The notes: generated by a model not told the origin, from the letters alone. Counted from the first letter of the stretch, positions 20,131-31,112 are shown. The stretch: DNA of 64,000 nucleotides from Nitrosopumilus sp. (GCA_965205425.1 CBDBGZ010000005.1:160001-224000), one strand, 5' to 3'. Translations and numbers: made by a program.

Positions 20131-21732
20131 ATGGCCGCAAAAAAATCTACTAAATCTAAAACACCTGAGAAGAAAATTTTCACAGATTCTACATACCCTG
20201 TAAAACGCGTCTATCAAAAATCCAACAAAAAACGACCCGTTGAGGATGCTGGAAAATATCCTTTCACTAGAGGAATTCATCCAGGAATGTTCCGAGAAAG
20301 ATTTTGGACTATGCGGCAGTATTCTGGATTTGGAGATGCCAAACTTACCAATGAACGATTCAAATTCATGCTTGAAAAAGGTCAAACTGGTCTTAGTATG
20401 GCATTTGACTTGCCAACTCAAATTGGTTATGATTCAGATTCTCCTCAAGCTGAAGGTGAAGTAGGAAAAGTTGGAGTATCCATTACATCAATCAAAGATA
20501 TGCAGATTGCCTTTGATGGCATTCCATTAGGAAAAGTTAGTTCATCAATGACCATTAACTCTACAGCATCTACATTACTTGCATATTATATTGCAGTTGG
20601 AGAATCGCAAGGGTTCAAAAGTCATGAACTTCGTGGAACTACTCAAAATGATATTCTCAAAGAATACATTGCAAGAAATACCTACATCTATCCTCCGCAA
20701 CCATCAATGCGATTAATTGGTGATATGATAGAATATTGTGCAGAAAAAGTTCCTTCATGGTATCCTGTATCTATATCTGGGTACCATATGAGAGAAGCTG
20801 GTTGTACTGCAACACAAGAAGTTGCATTTACATTGGCTAATGCAATTGCATATATTCAAACTTGTATTGATAAAGGATTAAAAATTGATGACTTTGCACC
20901 TCGTTTGTCATTTTTCTTTTGTTGTACAATTGAGTTCTTTGAAGAGGTTGCAAAGTTTAGAGTTGCAAGAAAAGTTTATGCAAAAATATTAAAGGAAAAA
21001 TTCCATGCAAAGAATCCCCGTTCATTACAATTAAAATTCCATACTCAAACTAGTGGAGAATCATTAACTGCACAACAACCAAACAACAATATCGTTCGTG
21101 TTGCCATTCAGACAATGGCTGCAGTGGCCGGCGGCACTCAATCATTACATACTAACTCTCGTGATGAAGCACTTGCACTTCCTACTCAAGAGTCTGCCAA
21201 AATTGCACTTAGAACCCAGCAAATTGTAGCCCATGAAAGTGGTATTACAAAGACTGCAGATCCACTTGCTGGTTCATATTATTTGGAAGAATTATGTGAT
21301 CAAATTGAGGCTGATGTTTGGAAATATCTTAAAAAAATAGAAAAAATGGGTGGCTCTGTAAAGGCAATTGAGAAAGGATTCTTCCAATCTGAAATCCGTG
21401 CAAATGCATACAGATTGAAGAAAGAAACTGATGATGCTGAAAGAGTAATTGTTGGTGTAAACAAGTATGCCGAAGAAGAAGAACAACCTGAATTATTGAG
21501 AATTGATGGTAGAATTGAGATTCAACAAAAGAAAGCACTTAAAAAATTACGTTCTGATAGAGATTCTAAAAAATTAGAAAAGGCATTATCTGCAATGCAA
21601 AGTGCAGCTGACACTGAAGAAAACTTGATGCCCTACATCGTAACTGCTGCTAAAGCATTTGCTACAACTGGGGAAATTAGTAACACATTCAGAGAAGTCT
21701 TTGGTGAATATCGTCCAAAAGAGGTCTTTTAA
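20131..21732 (+). CDS. mcmA: methylmalonyl-CoA mutase, large subunit
   Basis: YPFTRG, WTMRQYSGF, QNDILKEY, SISGYH, QSLHTN. Confidence 0.96.
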   Translation: MAAKKSTKSKTPEKKIFTDSTYPVKRVYQKSNKKRPVEDAGKYPFTRGIHPGMFRERFWTMRQYSGFGDAKLTNERFKFMLEKGQTGLSMAFDLPTQIGYDSDSPQAEGEVGKVGVSITSIKDMQIAFDGIPLGKVSSSMTINSTASTLLAYYIAVGESQGFKSHELRGTTQNDILKEYIARNTYIYPPQPSMRLIGDMIEYCAEKVPSWYPVSISGYHMREAGCTATQEVAFTLANAIAYIQTCIDKGLKIDDFAPRLSFFFCCTIEFFEEVAKFRVARKVYAKILKEKFHAKNPRSLQLKFHTQTSGESLTAQQPNNNIVRVAIQTMAAVAGGTQSLHTNSRDEALALPTQESAKIALRTQQIVAHESGITKTADPLAGSYYLEELCDQIEADVWKYLKKIEKMGGSVKAIEKGFFQSEIRANAYRLKKETDDAERVIVGVNKYAEEEEQPELLRIDGRIEIQQKKALKKLRSDRDSKKLEKALSAMQSAADTEENLMPYIVTAAKAFATTGEISNTFREVFGEYRPKEVF

Positions 21733-21739
21733 TTATATT

Positions 21740-22558
21740 CTATTTATTGGATCTTGCAATATAAAAATCGGCATAAAAATTACCATCATCTTCATATTTT
21801 TCAGTATTAATTCCCATGTCCTGTAATAAAGAAACAGTCTGTGCTTTTTCTTTAGAATCTGAAAAATTTCTTTGACGTATTGGTTTTATGTCGCTTTTTA
21901 CAATAGAGTAATCATACATCTCAAAAACTTCTTCAATGTCTTTCATACCAAACATTCTAAGAACAGAGAATGCAAAAATTGGAGCAGTATATTCTGTTTC
22001 AGATTCATTTGAATTAGATTGTCTATTTTTAATTACTTTTAGTAGATTCAAAAATGCCTTGTATCCGATATAACCTACACAACCAGTTGCAATTACTATG
22101 TCCATCTTCGGTAATGATTCTAATAAATTTAATTTTTCAGCTTCAAGATCAATATCTATACCTCTTTCACACAAATCCATTTCTTCAGAGAATTTTAGCG
22201 CCTCTTTTGAAATATCTATTTGATAAAAATTGATGTTATCGTTACTTGTGCATTTTTCAAAGAATTGTTTAGTTTCTTTCTTTGTAGGTTCAGATCCATT
22301 TAAGAAGAAATCACTTAATTCTAACATTGTTAAATTGTATTTCAACAGTGATGAGTTGATACCATACGAACTTCCTAAATCTAAAACATTAATGGGTCTA
22401 GATAATTTATTTTCAATTTGTTCTATGATGGATGTGTACAGCGGTTTTGTTGAATCTGATATAGAATATTTCAACCGCTTCATTTCTTTTAGATATTCAT
22501 ATGGAGAATCCTGTGTGTAGATATCTGTAAAATCTTTTTTCACTTTTAATTCATTCAT
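21740..22558 (-). CDS. class I SAM-dependent methyltransferase-like protein
   Basis: VLDLGSSYGIN, DIS, TGCVGYI. Confidence 0.8.
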   Translation of the reverse strand: MNELKVKKDFTDIYTQDSPYEYLKEMKRLKYSISDSTKPLYTSIIEQIENKLSRPINVLDLGSSYGINSSLLKYNLTMLELSDFFLNGSEPTKKETKQFFEKCTSNDNINFYQIDISKEALKFSEEMDLCERGIDIDLEAEKLNLLESLPKMDIVIATGCVGYIGYKAFLNLLKVIKNRQSNSNESETEYTAPIFAFSVLRMFGMKDIEEVFEMYDYSIVKSDIKPIRQRNFSDSKEKAQTVSLLQDMGINTEKYEDDGNFYADFYIARSNK

Positions 22559-22683
22559 GTTGGAGTTATAGTATTGTTTGACCCTTAATAAAACCCAATA
22601 CTGTTACTGGGCACAAAACAAAAATTTTGTAATTTTAAAATTAAATAAATCCATTAATACTGTAAGTTAAGAAAGTCTTTTAG

Positions 22684-23082
22684 ATGAAAATAGATCATGT
22701 TGCCATTGCAGTAAATGATGTTGAAGAATCAGCCAAAGTATACCAACAAGCATTAGGTGTTGATAGTGTAGAATTTGAAACCGTTGAATCTGAAGGTGTT
22801 AAAGTTGCAATTATTCATCTAGAAAATGGTCGAGTAGAGTTAATGCAGCCAACAAATGATGAAAGTCCAATTAAGAAATTCTTAGATAAAAAAGGACAAG
22901 GACTACATCACATGGCATTGGATACTGATAACATTGAAGGTGAAGTCGAACGTATGGAAGGTTGTGGAATCCAGTTTCTAGGTAAGATACGACCTGGTTC
23001 AGCTGGCACTAAAGTTACTTTCATTCATCCAAAATCACTTCATGGTGTTTTAGCAGAATTATGTTCCCATCCTAAAGAGTGA
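22684..23082 (+). CDS. mce: methylmalonyl-CoA epimerase
   Basis: IDHVAIAV, GLHHMA, FIHPKS VOC motifs; near the mutase. Confidence 0.95.
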   Translation: MKIDHVAIAVNDVEESAKVYQQALGVDSVEFETVESEGVKVAIIHLENGRVELMQPTNDESPIKKFLDKKGQGLHHMALDTDNIEGEVERMEGCGIQFLGKIRPGSAGTKVTFIHPKSLHGVLAELCSHPKE

Positions 23083-23273
23083 ATTCATTTTTGAGTGACA
23101 CTGATACTATATCTAAAATTAAATCTCATTTAGAAAAAACAAATGAAATCATTGAAGCTTCAATTGAACAAGATTCTTTATTTCACGATTCTTCTAAAAA
23201 TAAAATTTTCAAACTGTGGCTGGAATCTAATCATTTTGCATTAAATATTTTAAAACAAAATTCTAAAGAATAA
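23079..23273 (+). CDS. hypothetical protein
   Basis: 64 aa, coupled to mce. Confidence 0.55.
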   Translation: MNSFLSDTDTISKIKSHLEKTNEIIEASIEQDSLFHDSSKNKIFKLWLESNHFALNILKQNSKE

Positions 23274-23831
23274 TTATTCCATCATTTTCAAAGTATCTGA
23301 AGCTGTAATTATGCCTATGATTTTAGACTTTTTTGAAACTAGTATACATTTGGAATATCTTATCAATGGAACTAAAACGTTTGCCGGTGTATCAAAATCT
23401 ACAATTGGTGGAACTGATTCCATTGTATCTGCTAATTTTGCTTTTTTTAATTCTGCTTCACCTAAATCTGCCAAATGCTTTACAATTCCATCTTCTGATA
23501 CTACTCCTACTACGTCTGAATTATTGAAAATTGGAATTTGGCTAATTGATGATTGATGCATTTTTTTAATTGCATCGTGTAGTGTATTTGTTGGTTTTAA
23601 TTTCACAATATCCTTACTACAAAAATCTCCGGCTGTATGTGATGATGACTCTCCCTCTAGTTTTGCGAGACTCTCAAAAATCTTTTTAGCAGTATCATAA
23701 CTTGGTTGACTTCTGCCTGATTCAATTTGATTAATCATTGAAGTACTAACTCCTGTCATAGTTGCTAATTTTTTTTGAGTAATGCCAATTTTTTGCCTGA
23801 TTTGTTTAATGGACTCTATTCTTGGAAGCAA
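23274..23831 (-). CDS. XRE-HTH plus CBS-pair transcriptional regulator
   Basis: N-terminal HTH_3 and two CBS domains. Confidence 0.92.
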   Translation of the reverse strand: MLPRIESIKQIRQKIGITQKKLATMTGVSTSMINQIESGRSQPSYDTAKKIFESLAKLEGESSSHTAGDFCSKDIVKLKPTNTLHDAIKKMHQSSISQIPIFNNSDVVGVVSEDGIVKHLADLGEAELKKAKLADTMESVPPIVDFDTPANVLVPLIRYSKCILVSKKSKIIGIITASDTLKMME

Positions 23832-23868
23832 TTAGATTTGAAATAGATGTGGTTGGTTTTAAAATGTA

Positions 23869-26541
23869 TTATTTTTTAGATTTCTTTTTTGGTTGCTCAA
23901 TTGCTGCCTGTGCTGCTGCTACTATGGCAATTGGAATTCTATGTGGGGATGCACTAACATAACTTAGACCTGCACCGTGGCAAAATTTGATAGAACTAGG
24001 ATCCCCTCCATGTTCTCCACAAATTCCAACTTCCATGTTTGGTCTGAGTGTTCTTCCTGCAGCAACTCCAATTTTGATTAAACTACCTACACCGTTGACA
24101 TCAATTGATTGGAATGGATTTCTTTCAAGTAACTCTTTTTCTATGTATTCTGGAAGGAATTTCCCTTCTACATCTTCTCTACTGAAACTAAATGTCCCTT
24201 GTGTAAGATCATTTGTACCAAAACTAAAGAATTCTGCTGTAGTTGCAAGTTCATTTGCAGTAAGTGCTGCCCTTACAACTTCAATCATGGTTCCAAAGTT
24301 AATCTTTAATTTCATTTTGTGCTTTGATTCTGTTTCTTTCTTGATAGCATCATAAATTTTCTTGATATGATTTAGTTCTGCAATACTACTAATTTGTGGA
24401 ATCATAATTTGAGGATGTGCTTTGACTTTCTTTTTTGTCAATTCCACTAATGCATCAAAGACTGCACGAATTTGCATTTCATAGATTTCGGGATATGTAA
24501 TTCCTACACGAACTCCTCTATGTCCCATCATTGGATTAATCTCTGCTAGTTCTCTTGCTCTTTTCAAAACAATTTTTGCTTGTTTAATTTCATTTGTTTT
24601 TCCACTTGATTCTAATTTCTGAATCTTTTCAACTAATTCTTCTGGATTAGGTAAGAATTCATGTAAAGGCGGATCTAATAATCTAATTGTCACTTCATAA
24701 CCTTCCATAGCTTTTAGAATTTCAATAAAGTCACTTTTTTGTAATTGACCTAATTTCTTTAATATTTTATTTCGTTCTTCAATGTTTTCAGCCATGATCA
24801 TTTCTACAAACAAGTTAATTCTATCGCTACCGTTGAACATTCTTTCTGTTCTACATAATCCAATTCCTTGACCTCCAAACTGTCTTGCAAGCTTTGCACC
24901 TTCTGGAGTATCTGCATTTGCTCTAATTCCTATCTTTTTTGCTTTTTGGGCCCAATCTAAAATCTGTTCAAAGTCTTTTGTTACTTTTGGTTCTACTGTT
25001 GGTACCCCTCCGATAAAGACAGTACCTGCACTTCCATCGATGGTAATTGTTTCACCACCATTGATTGTCACTCCATTTGCAGTACATGTGTTATTATCAT
25101 AATCAATTTTTAATTCCGGACATCCTACTATACACGGCTTTCCCATTCCTCTTGAAACAATTGCTGCATGGGATGATTTTCCTCCTAAACTAGTCAAAAT
25201 CCCTTCTGATGAAAAGAATGCAGGAACGTCCTCTGGTTTTGTTTCTTTTCTTACTAAGATGATTTTATTTCCAGCGTCTCCTAATTCTATTGCTTTTTTA
25301 ACATCAAATTCTACTATTCCACTTGCTGCTCCTGGAGAGGCTGCAATTCCTTTTGCTAATTGTTTATAATTTTCAATTTTAGACTCATCCATTGTTCTAT
25401 GTAGTAGTGCTTCTAATTGTTGTGCTGGAATTCTTGTAAGTGCTTTATCTTTACTGATTAATTTTTCTTTAACCATGTCAACTGATGTTTTTACTAATGC
25501 AGATGCACTCATCTTTGCAGTTCTTGTTTGTAATAGGTAAAATTTCCCTTGTTCAATAGTAAATTCAATATCTTGCGGTTCTCTGAAATGTTTTTCTAGT
25601 TTTGTGCATGCATTGCTTAATTCTTTATGTGATTTTGGCATGTCTTTCTTTAGTAATTCTATACTCTTTCCTGTCCTTACTCCTGCAACAACATCTTCTC
25701 CTTGGGCGTTGATTAGGTATTCTCCCTCGATCTCTTTTTTACCATTATGACCATTTCTTGTAAATACTACGCCTGTTGCACTATCATCTCCCATGTTTCC
25801 AAATACCATTGTAACTACGTTAACTGCAGTTCCATTTGCAATATCTTTAGTAATGTTATTTTTCTCTCGATAAACTATTGCTCTTTCTCCCATCCAACTT
25901 TTGAAAACAGCTTCTATCGATAATACTAATTGCTCATCAGGCGTATCTGGAAATTTTCTTTTGGTATGTTCCTCACAGATTTTTTTATATTCTGATACAA
26001 TTTTTTTTAATGATTCTACATTTAGTTTACTATCATCAGAAACTCCTTGTTTCGTTTTTGCTGAATCTAAGACATGATCAAATTTTTCATCATTTACTCC
26101 AAATACTACTTTTCCAAATAATTGAATAAATCTTCGATATGAATCCCATAAAAACCGTGGATTCTTTGTTTGTTCTGCAAATCCTTCTACTGTTTTTTCA
26201 TTTAATCCTAAATTCAAAATTGTATCCATCATTCCTGGCATTGAGATTGCTGCCCCTGAACGAACTGAAACTAATAATGGGTTCTTTGTTGAATTCCATT
26301 TTTTACCTGTCTTTTTTTCCATTTTTGCAATATTTTTCATTACTGCTGGCATGACATCTTTTGGAAGTTTTTTGTTGTTATCATAATACTTGTTACAAAC
26401 TTCAGTTGTGATCGTGAATCCTGGAGGTACTGGTAGTTTTAGTTGAGTCATCTCGCTTAATCCTGCCCCTTTTCCTCCTAGAAGCATTCTCTTTTTACTG
26501 TCTGCTTCTTCAAATGCATAAACTGGTTTGTTTTTTACCAT
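23869..26541 (-). CDS. ppdK: pyruvate, phosphate dikinase
   Basis: GGKGAGL, SVRSGA, SHAAIV, GLCRTE, FSFGTNDLTQ. Confidence 0.97.
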   Translation of the reverse strand: MVKNKPVYAFEEADSKKRMLLGGKGAGLSEMTQLKLPVPPGFTITTEVCNKYYDNNKKLPKDVMPAVMKNIAKMEKKTGKKWNSTKNPLLVSVRSGAAISMPGMMDTILNLGLNEKTVEGFAEQTKNPRFLWDSYRRFIQLFGKVVFGVNDEKFDHVLDSAKTKQGVSDDSKLNVESLKKIVSEYKKICEEHTKRKFPDTPDEQLVLSIEAVFKSWMGERAIVYREKNNITKDIANGTAVNVVTMVFGNMGDDSATGVVFTRNGHNGKKEIEGEYLINAQGEDVVAGVRTGKSIELLKKDMPKSHKELSNACTKLEKHFREPQDIEFTIEQGKFYLLQTRTAKMSASALVKTSVDMVKEKLISKDKALTRIPAQQLEALLHRTMDESKIENYKQLAKGIAASPGAASGIVEFDVKKAIELGDAGNKIILVRKETKPEDVPAFFSSEGILTSLGGKSSHAAIVSRGMGKPCIVGCPELKIDYDNNTCTANGVTINGGETITIDGSAGTVFIGGVPTVEPKVTKDFEQILDWAQKAKKIGIRANADTPEGAKLARQFGGQGIGLCRTERMFNGSDRINLFVEMIMAENIEERNKILKKLGQLQKSDFIEILKAMEGYEVTIRLLDPPLHEFLPNPEELVEKIQKLESSGKTNEIKQAKIVLKRARELAEINPMMGHRGVRVGITYPEIYEMQIRAVFDALVELTKKKVKAHPQIMIPQISSIAELNHIKKIYDAIKKETESKHKMKLKINFGTMIEVVRAALTANELATTAEFFSFGTNDLTQGTFSFSREDVEGKFLPEYIEKELLERNPFQSIDVNGVGSLIKIGVAAGRTLRPNMEVGICGEHGGDPSSIKFCHGAGLSYVSASPHRIPIAIVAAAQAAIEQPKKKSKK

Positions 26542-26568
26542 GCAAAATTTTGTAAATTATTTGGCTTT

Positions 26569-27225
26569 TTAAACTAATGCCTTAGCAAATTCAGAAATTA
26601 CTTTATCCCAGTTTTTTGCTTTAATTATTCCGCTTGCTACTAGGATCCCCTCTGATCCTAACTCTGCTGCTTTTGATACATCTTCTCCTGATACAATACC
26701 TGCACCACAAAGTAATTTTGTTTTATTTTTTGAATTATTTACTATGCTTGCAGCTTTTGCAATTAATTCTGGTTTTTCTTTAGAAACTGCCTTACCTGAT
26801 CCAATTAATTCTGGTGGCTCTATTGCAATATAATCTGGATTTAATCTTACATATTTTTTGACTTCTGCAACATCTTTTACACATAGAATTGATATCATTT
26901 TTAGTTCTTTTAATTTCAAAATCAATTTTTCAATCTCTTTACTTGCAATTCTATGTTCGCTGTGGTTAATCAATGAACCTTTTACTTTGGATTTTTTTAA
27001 TAATTCTGGAATAACAAAACCTGTTGTACTTCCAACTTTTGAATCATCAACATGTTGAGCTAAAATTGGAATTGAACTATTTGATACTAGACCGATTAAA
27101 TGTTGTGGTGGAGAAATTGCTATTTTTACTTTGTATTTTTTAGAAATTTTTTCTGCTGTTTTTACAAATTTAATTATTTTATCTCCTGCAATTTCTTCAT
27201 AATTTTTACAATTAATTACAAACAT
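26569..27225 (-). CDS. tpiA: triosephosphate isomerase (archaeal type)
   Basis: INCKNY, NHSEH, IEPPELIG, LVASG. Confidence 0.96.
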   Translation of the reverse strand: MFVINCKNYEEIAGDKIIKFVKTAEKISKKYKVKIAISPPQHLIGLVSNSSIPILAQHVDDSKVGSTTGFVIPELLKKSKVKGSLINHSEHRIASKEIEKLILKLKELKMISILCVKDVAEVKKYVRLNPDYIAIEPPELIGSGKAVSKEKPELIAKAASIVNNSKNKTKLLCGAGIVSGEDVSKAAELGSEGILVASGIIKAKNWDKVISEFAKALV

Positions 27226-27269
27226 CTTTCTTTGAAATTTTCTGCATTGTATTTATTCCTTGATTATAA

Positions 27270-27554
27270 TTATGGTGTTTTTGCTTGTCTGTCATATCTT
27301 TTTTTCATTCCTAATACGATTATCATTAAGATTAATCCTGACATGTTTGTACCTATGATAAATACATCTTCTACGATAATTCCATAAATCAGCCACAAAA
27401 TTGAACCTGCAGCAATGAAAATCATTAGGAATTTTGAAACATCTTTGAGTCTTTTTGTCTTGTACCCTTTGTAGATTTGTTCGACCCATCCCATCAAAAT
27501 CAAAATTCCTGCTGCTATTCCTAACATTGTTAGAAGTGTTCCATCAACTTCCAT
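27270..27554 (-). CDS. SemiSWEET/PQ-loop family transporter
   Basis: 3 TM; QIYKGYKTKRLKDVS, WLIYG. Confidence 0.8.
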   Translation of the reverse strand: MEVDGTLLTMLGIAAGILILMGWVEQIYKGYKTKRLKDVSKFLMIFIAAGSILWLIYGIIVEDVFIIGTNMSGLILMIIVLGMKKRYDRQAKTP

Positions 27555-27562
27555 TTTTTATT

Positions 27563-30121
27563 CTAACTCCAAAAGAATTCATCTAATCCAGTTTGTTTTG
27601 GTTTTCCTAACATTGTATCAAAATCCAAATCCATTGAAGCTGTAATTTGTTCTAGCGTTGATTCTAAAAATTCCATATATTTTTTGGAATCAATCTCTTC
27701 TTTTTTTGCCAGTTCTACTGGTTTTACGCCTGGTTTGTTTAGAATTTTGATAAACGATATTTTATCTCCTTTTTTTATTTCTCTAATTGATTCTAATTGT
27801 TTTGCAGCTCTGATGTGCTGAGGAATAGTTTTAATATATTCTGATGGTGCCTTGCTTAGCATCACATTGAATGTTAAATCCTCTAGTGGGATTTCTTTTG
27901 CTTCTACTTTTTTACCACATGTTGCAATTTTTTCTGAAATTTCTTGTTTTGCTTTTACAAAGTCTTCCATAGTTTGAACTTTGGATAGCACATCAATTAA
28001 TTCATAGAATAAATTTTTGATAAATGCTGGAGTGTGTGATTTTTTACCTGTTAATCCTTTGACATCTACTTTGCCTGATTTTGTAACCCCTAGATAGTTT
28101 TTCTTTCTATTACTTAATACACAATATCTGTATGTTTTATCAATCTCTAAATCTACTCCGTGGTCTTTCTTTGCTTGGTCTATTACAATCTGAATTTGTT
28201 CCTTTGTTGGATTTTTGATAAACAGTGAATCTGTATCTCCATAAAGAACTTCTATTCCAGCTTCTTCACATTTTTTAATTGTCTCTAAAATTGTATGTCT
28301 CCCAATAGCTGTAGTTGCCTCTGCTACTGGTAGGAAATACAATGGAAATATTTCAGCACCCATTACCCCATAGCTGGCATTTAGAATTACTTTGAGTGCT
28401 TGACTGACTACTGTATACTGCTGTCTTTGATCATCCGTAAGTGTCTCTTTTTTTGATAAACTCTTGTAATAATTTACTCTCAAATCCCTCAATGACCCAA
28501 TGATCATTGATGTTAGACCATTTTTCTTTGTACAAGCCCAATGATTCGTTCCTGGTATTGTATTTGTTTTACATTCTTCATGAGGGCATCTTACTGTTTC
28601 ATATGATAGATTTCGAACTTTGATAATACTTGGATATAGACTTGCAAAATCCATCACGACAACATCAAAATGAATTCCTTCTTTTGGCTCGACAACAAGA
28701 CCTCCTCGATATTTTTTATCTTTGATGACTGCATCTGACATAACTCCTTCTGATCTTCTTTGCAATTCTTCTCGTTTTGGAATTAAGCAGTTTCTTCGTC
28801 TATGTTCATAATACAATAAACTTCTAATCCATTGCGATACTCCCATCCTTGCAATATCATCAATTGGCATTCTGCCTATTCTTGCAATGATTACAAGCAA
28901 GTCCATCATCAAATCTTTGTTAAAACTGGTTAGTTCGTATGTTAGCAGGGCATCATTGTAACAATAATTTGCAGTTTGATACAATGATAATTCATCAAAC
29001 TCTAATCCATAGTCTATCTTTTCTTTTCCTAACAATGCCTTTGATACACTGTTTAGAGAAAAATCCGTATACTTTTGACTAAATGCATAGATTTGAAATG
29101 AACGATTTGAGAGAACTTTGTACAAATCAAGATGAACTCCTTCTTTGAGAGTGGCTGAATCTCTCATCATGTATAATGGATTTTCTATTTTTTTTATTCC
29201 TAATCTTTCTGCTCTGTTATACAGGTATGGTAAATCAAATTCATCTCCATTGTATGTGAGAACAAATGGAAATGATTTGATGATTTGAAATGCATCTTGT
29301 ATCATTTCTTTTTCTTTATCTAAATCATAAAATGTGACTTTGATGTTTTGCTCTAATTCATTTGTTCCTTGTTCAGTTCCTTCTGTTTTGAGCACAAAAA
29401 TCTGATCAAATCCATCAGAACCTTTCAATCCTATGGCTGTAACTTTCTTTTCTGCTAGTTTTGGGTCTGGAATCCTGCCAATTTCTGCCTCTACTTCTAT
29501 ATCTACACTTAATCGTTTTATTTTTGGAATTGGTTGGTTTAACAAATCTGCCCATTCAGAAATATATTTTTTAAACTCTTCTGCATCAACCATACTTTCA
29601 CTATCTACTTTATCCCAGAGTAAACTTTTCAGAGCTAGTTTGACTTCATCTGAGATTTCTAGATCATGTTGTTTTATTTTTCCATCTACAATTTCATAAT
29701 ATTTTCCAACGATTATTTTTCTATCATACAAATAATTTTCATAATATTTGATATCTGATTCCCATGTTTCTATCACATTTCTGATACTTTTATCTCCTGC
29801 AGTTCCTCCTATGGTGAGAGGATCTGCAACAGTAATCTTTGACATGTCTATTTCATTGTCTTTCATCAAATCATATCGTTGCACCGTTTTAATCTCTAAA
29901 ACATCTTCTCTCTCTTGAAGAAAATCTAACTCATCTGGTGCTAATCTTGAATAACAATATGGTTTATGACCAATTTCATCTTTCCATAAGAATAATTCTT
30001 TAGATTTAGGTTCATAGAATTTTAAAACTGCTGATCTTGAAATGTTGTCATATGTTGCAGATACTAACATTGATGCTGGCATTGAATCAATCTTTTTAGT
30101 TTCTGGCAAATTTACTTGCAT
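27563..30121 (-). CDS. polB: family B DNA polymerase (PolB1)
   Basis: DIEV exonuclease, DFASLYPS, KVILNASYG, YGDTDS; no intein. Confidence 0.97.
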   Translation of the reverse strand: MQVNLPETKKIDSMPASMLVSATYDNISRSAVLKFYEPKSKELFLWKDEIGHKPYCYSRLAPDELDFLQEREDVLEIKTVQRYDLMKDNEIDMSKITVADPLTIGGTAGDKSIRNVIETWESDIKYYENYLYDRKIIVGKYYEIVDGKIKQHDLEISDEVKLALKSLLWDKVDSESMVDAEEFKKYISEWADLLNQPIPKIKRLSVDIEVEAEIGRIPDPKLAEKKVTAIGLKGSDGFDQIFVLKTEGTEQGTNELEQNIKVTFYDLDKEKEMIQDAFQIIKSFPFVLTYNGDEFDLPYLYNRAERLGIKKIENPLYMMRDSATLKEGVHLDLYKVLSNRSFQIYAFSQKYTDFSLNSVSKALLGKEKIDYGLEFDELSLYQTANYCYNDALLTYELTSFNKDLMMDLLVIIARIGRMPIDDIARMGVSQWIRSLLYYEHRRRNCLIPKREELQRRSEGVMSDAVIKDKKYRGGLVVEPKEGIHFDVVVMDFASLYPSIIKVRNLSYETVRCPHEECKTNTIPGTNHWACTKKNGLTSMIIGSLRDLRVNYYKSLSKKETLTDDQRQQYTVVSQALKVILNASYGVMGAEIFPLYFLPVAEATTAIGRHTILETIKKCEEAGIEVLYGDTDSLFIKNPTKEQIQIVIDQAKKDHGVDLEIDKTYRYCVLSNRKKNYLGVTKSGKVDVKGLTGKKSHTPAFIKNLFYELIDVLSKVQTMEDFVKAKQEISEKIATCGKKVEAKEIPLEDLTFNVMLSKAPSEYIKTIPQHIRAAKQLESIREIKKGDKISFIKILNKPGVKPVELAKKEEIDSKKYMEFLESTLEQITASMDLDFDTMLGKPKQTGLDEFFWS

Positions 30122-30125
30122 TTTC

Positions 30126-30653
30126 TCACTCTAATTTCTCGTATTTACTTACTAGTTCTCTTGCCCATTTTGCAATTTTATTTTTATCTAAATGAATTAC
30201 TTCCACTCCTGCTTCGTTTAACAAGTCATAATCTGTTTCAGGATATGCATCAAGACAAACAAATTTTCTAATTCCTATGGTGATTGCCATTTTTGTACAT
30301 TCTAGGCATGGCACAAATGTAGTGTATAGAATTGCACCTTTTACTCCAGCTTCTATTCCTAAAATTGCACAATGCATTATTGCATTAGCTTCTGCATGAT
30401 TACATAAGCAGCGGTCTAATGATGCCCCTGATTCAATTTTCCCTTCCATTCTGAGTTGACACCTTTTACATCCCCCTTCAAAACAATTCTTGATGCTAGG
30501 TGGAGTTCCGTTGTATCCTGTTGCTAACTGTCTGTTGTTTCTAACAATTACTGCACCAACTTGTCTTGTTATGCAGTTTGAGCGAAGTTTGGCAAGTTCT
30601 GCTTGAAGCATGAAATATTCATCCCAACTTGGTCTATCAAAAGAACTACTCAC
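30126..30653 (-). CDS. dCMP deaminase family protein
   Basis: TGYNG, HAEANA, PCLEC. Confidence 0.93.
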   Translation of the reverse strand: MSSSFDRPSWDEYFMLQAELAKLRSNCITRQVGAVIVRNNRQLATGYNGTPPSIKNCFEGGCKRCQLRMEGKIESGASLDRCLCNHAEANAIMHCAILGIEAGVKGAILYTTFVPCLECTKMAITIGIRKFVCLDAYPETDYDLLNEAGVEVIHLDKNKIAKWARELVSKYEKLE

Positions 30654-30751
30654 ACAAATTCTGTCTGTCTGTTCAATATATGGATCACGCTAATTCACAT
30701 TTGATGTGCGATCAAACATAGTTATTATCAAGATGAGATTAAAATTCTGAT

Positions 30752-30910
30752 ATGGGATTCAAAAAAGGCATTCACAAATGTGTCGAATGTGAGAAAAAAA
30801 TGAAAGAGAATCCTGATGAAGCAGGTATGTGCAGTAAATGTGGTGCAGCAGAAACCCGTATTGAAAAAACTGTATACAAAGAATTAATCGACGAAGGACG
30901 ATTCCCATAA
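30752..30910 (+). CDS. 52-aa zinc-finger microprotein
   Basis: MGFKKGIHKCVECEKK...MCSKCG. Confidence 0.7.
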   Translation: MGFKKGIHKCVECEKKMKENPDEAGMCSKCGAAETRIEKTVYKELIDEGRFP

Positions 30911-30951
30911 CCTAATTTCTAACATATTATTTTCTAAAATTTATCAAAAGT

Positions 30952-31112
30952 GAGATTGAAAGAACTGAAGAGGCTCTTCCAATCCCATGAAGAATGGAGA
31001 GAATCCGTTCTTCATAATTGCGTTTCGATTACCCGATTTGGTAATCGCGATTTTTGGAATCACGCAACAGATTATCTGTATGGTGCTGTAAAAACTTAGA
31101 TGAATAGCACTC
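30952..31112. ncRNA. candidate structured non-coding RNA
   Basis: Four consecutive stem-loop units in a GC-enriched intergenic stretch. Confidence 0.4.

Noticed and set aside
30952..31112. Cobalamin or lysine riboswitch, or hammerhead ribozyme
   Set aside because: Core consensus motifs are not present in the right order on either strand.
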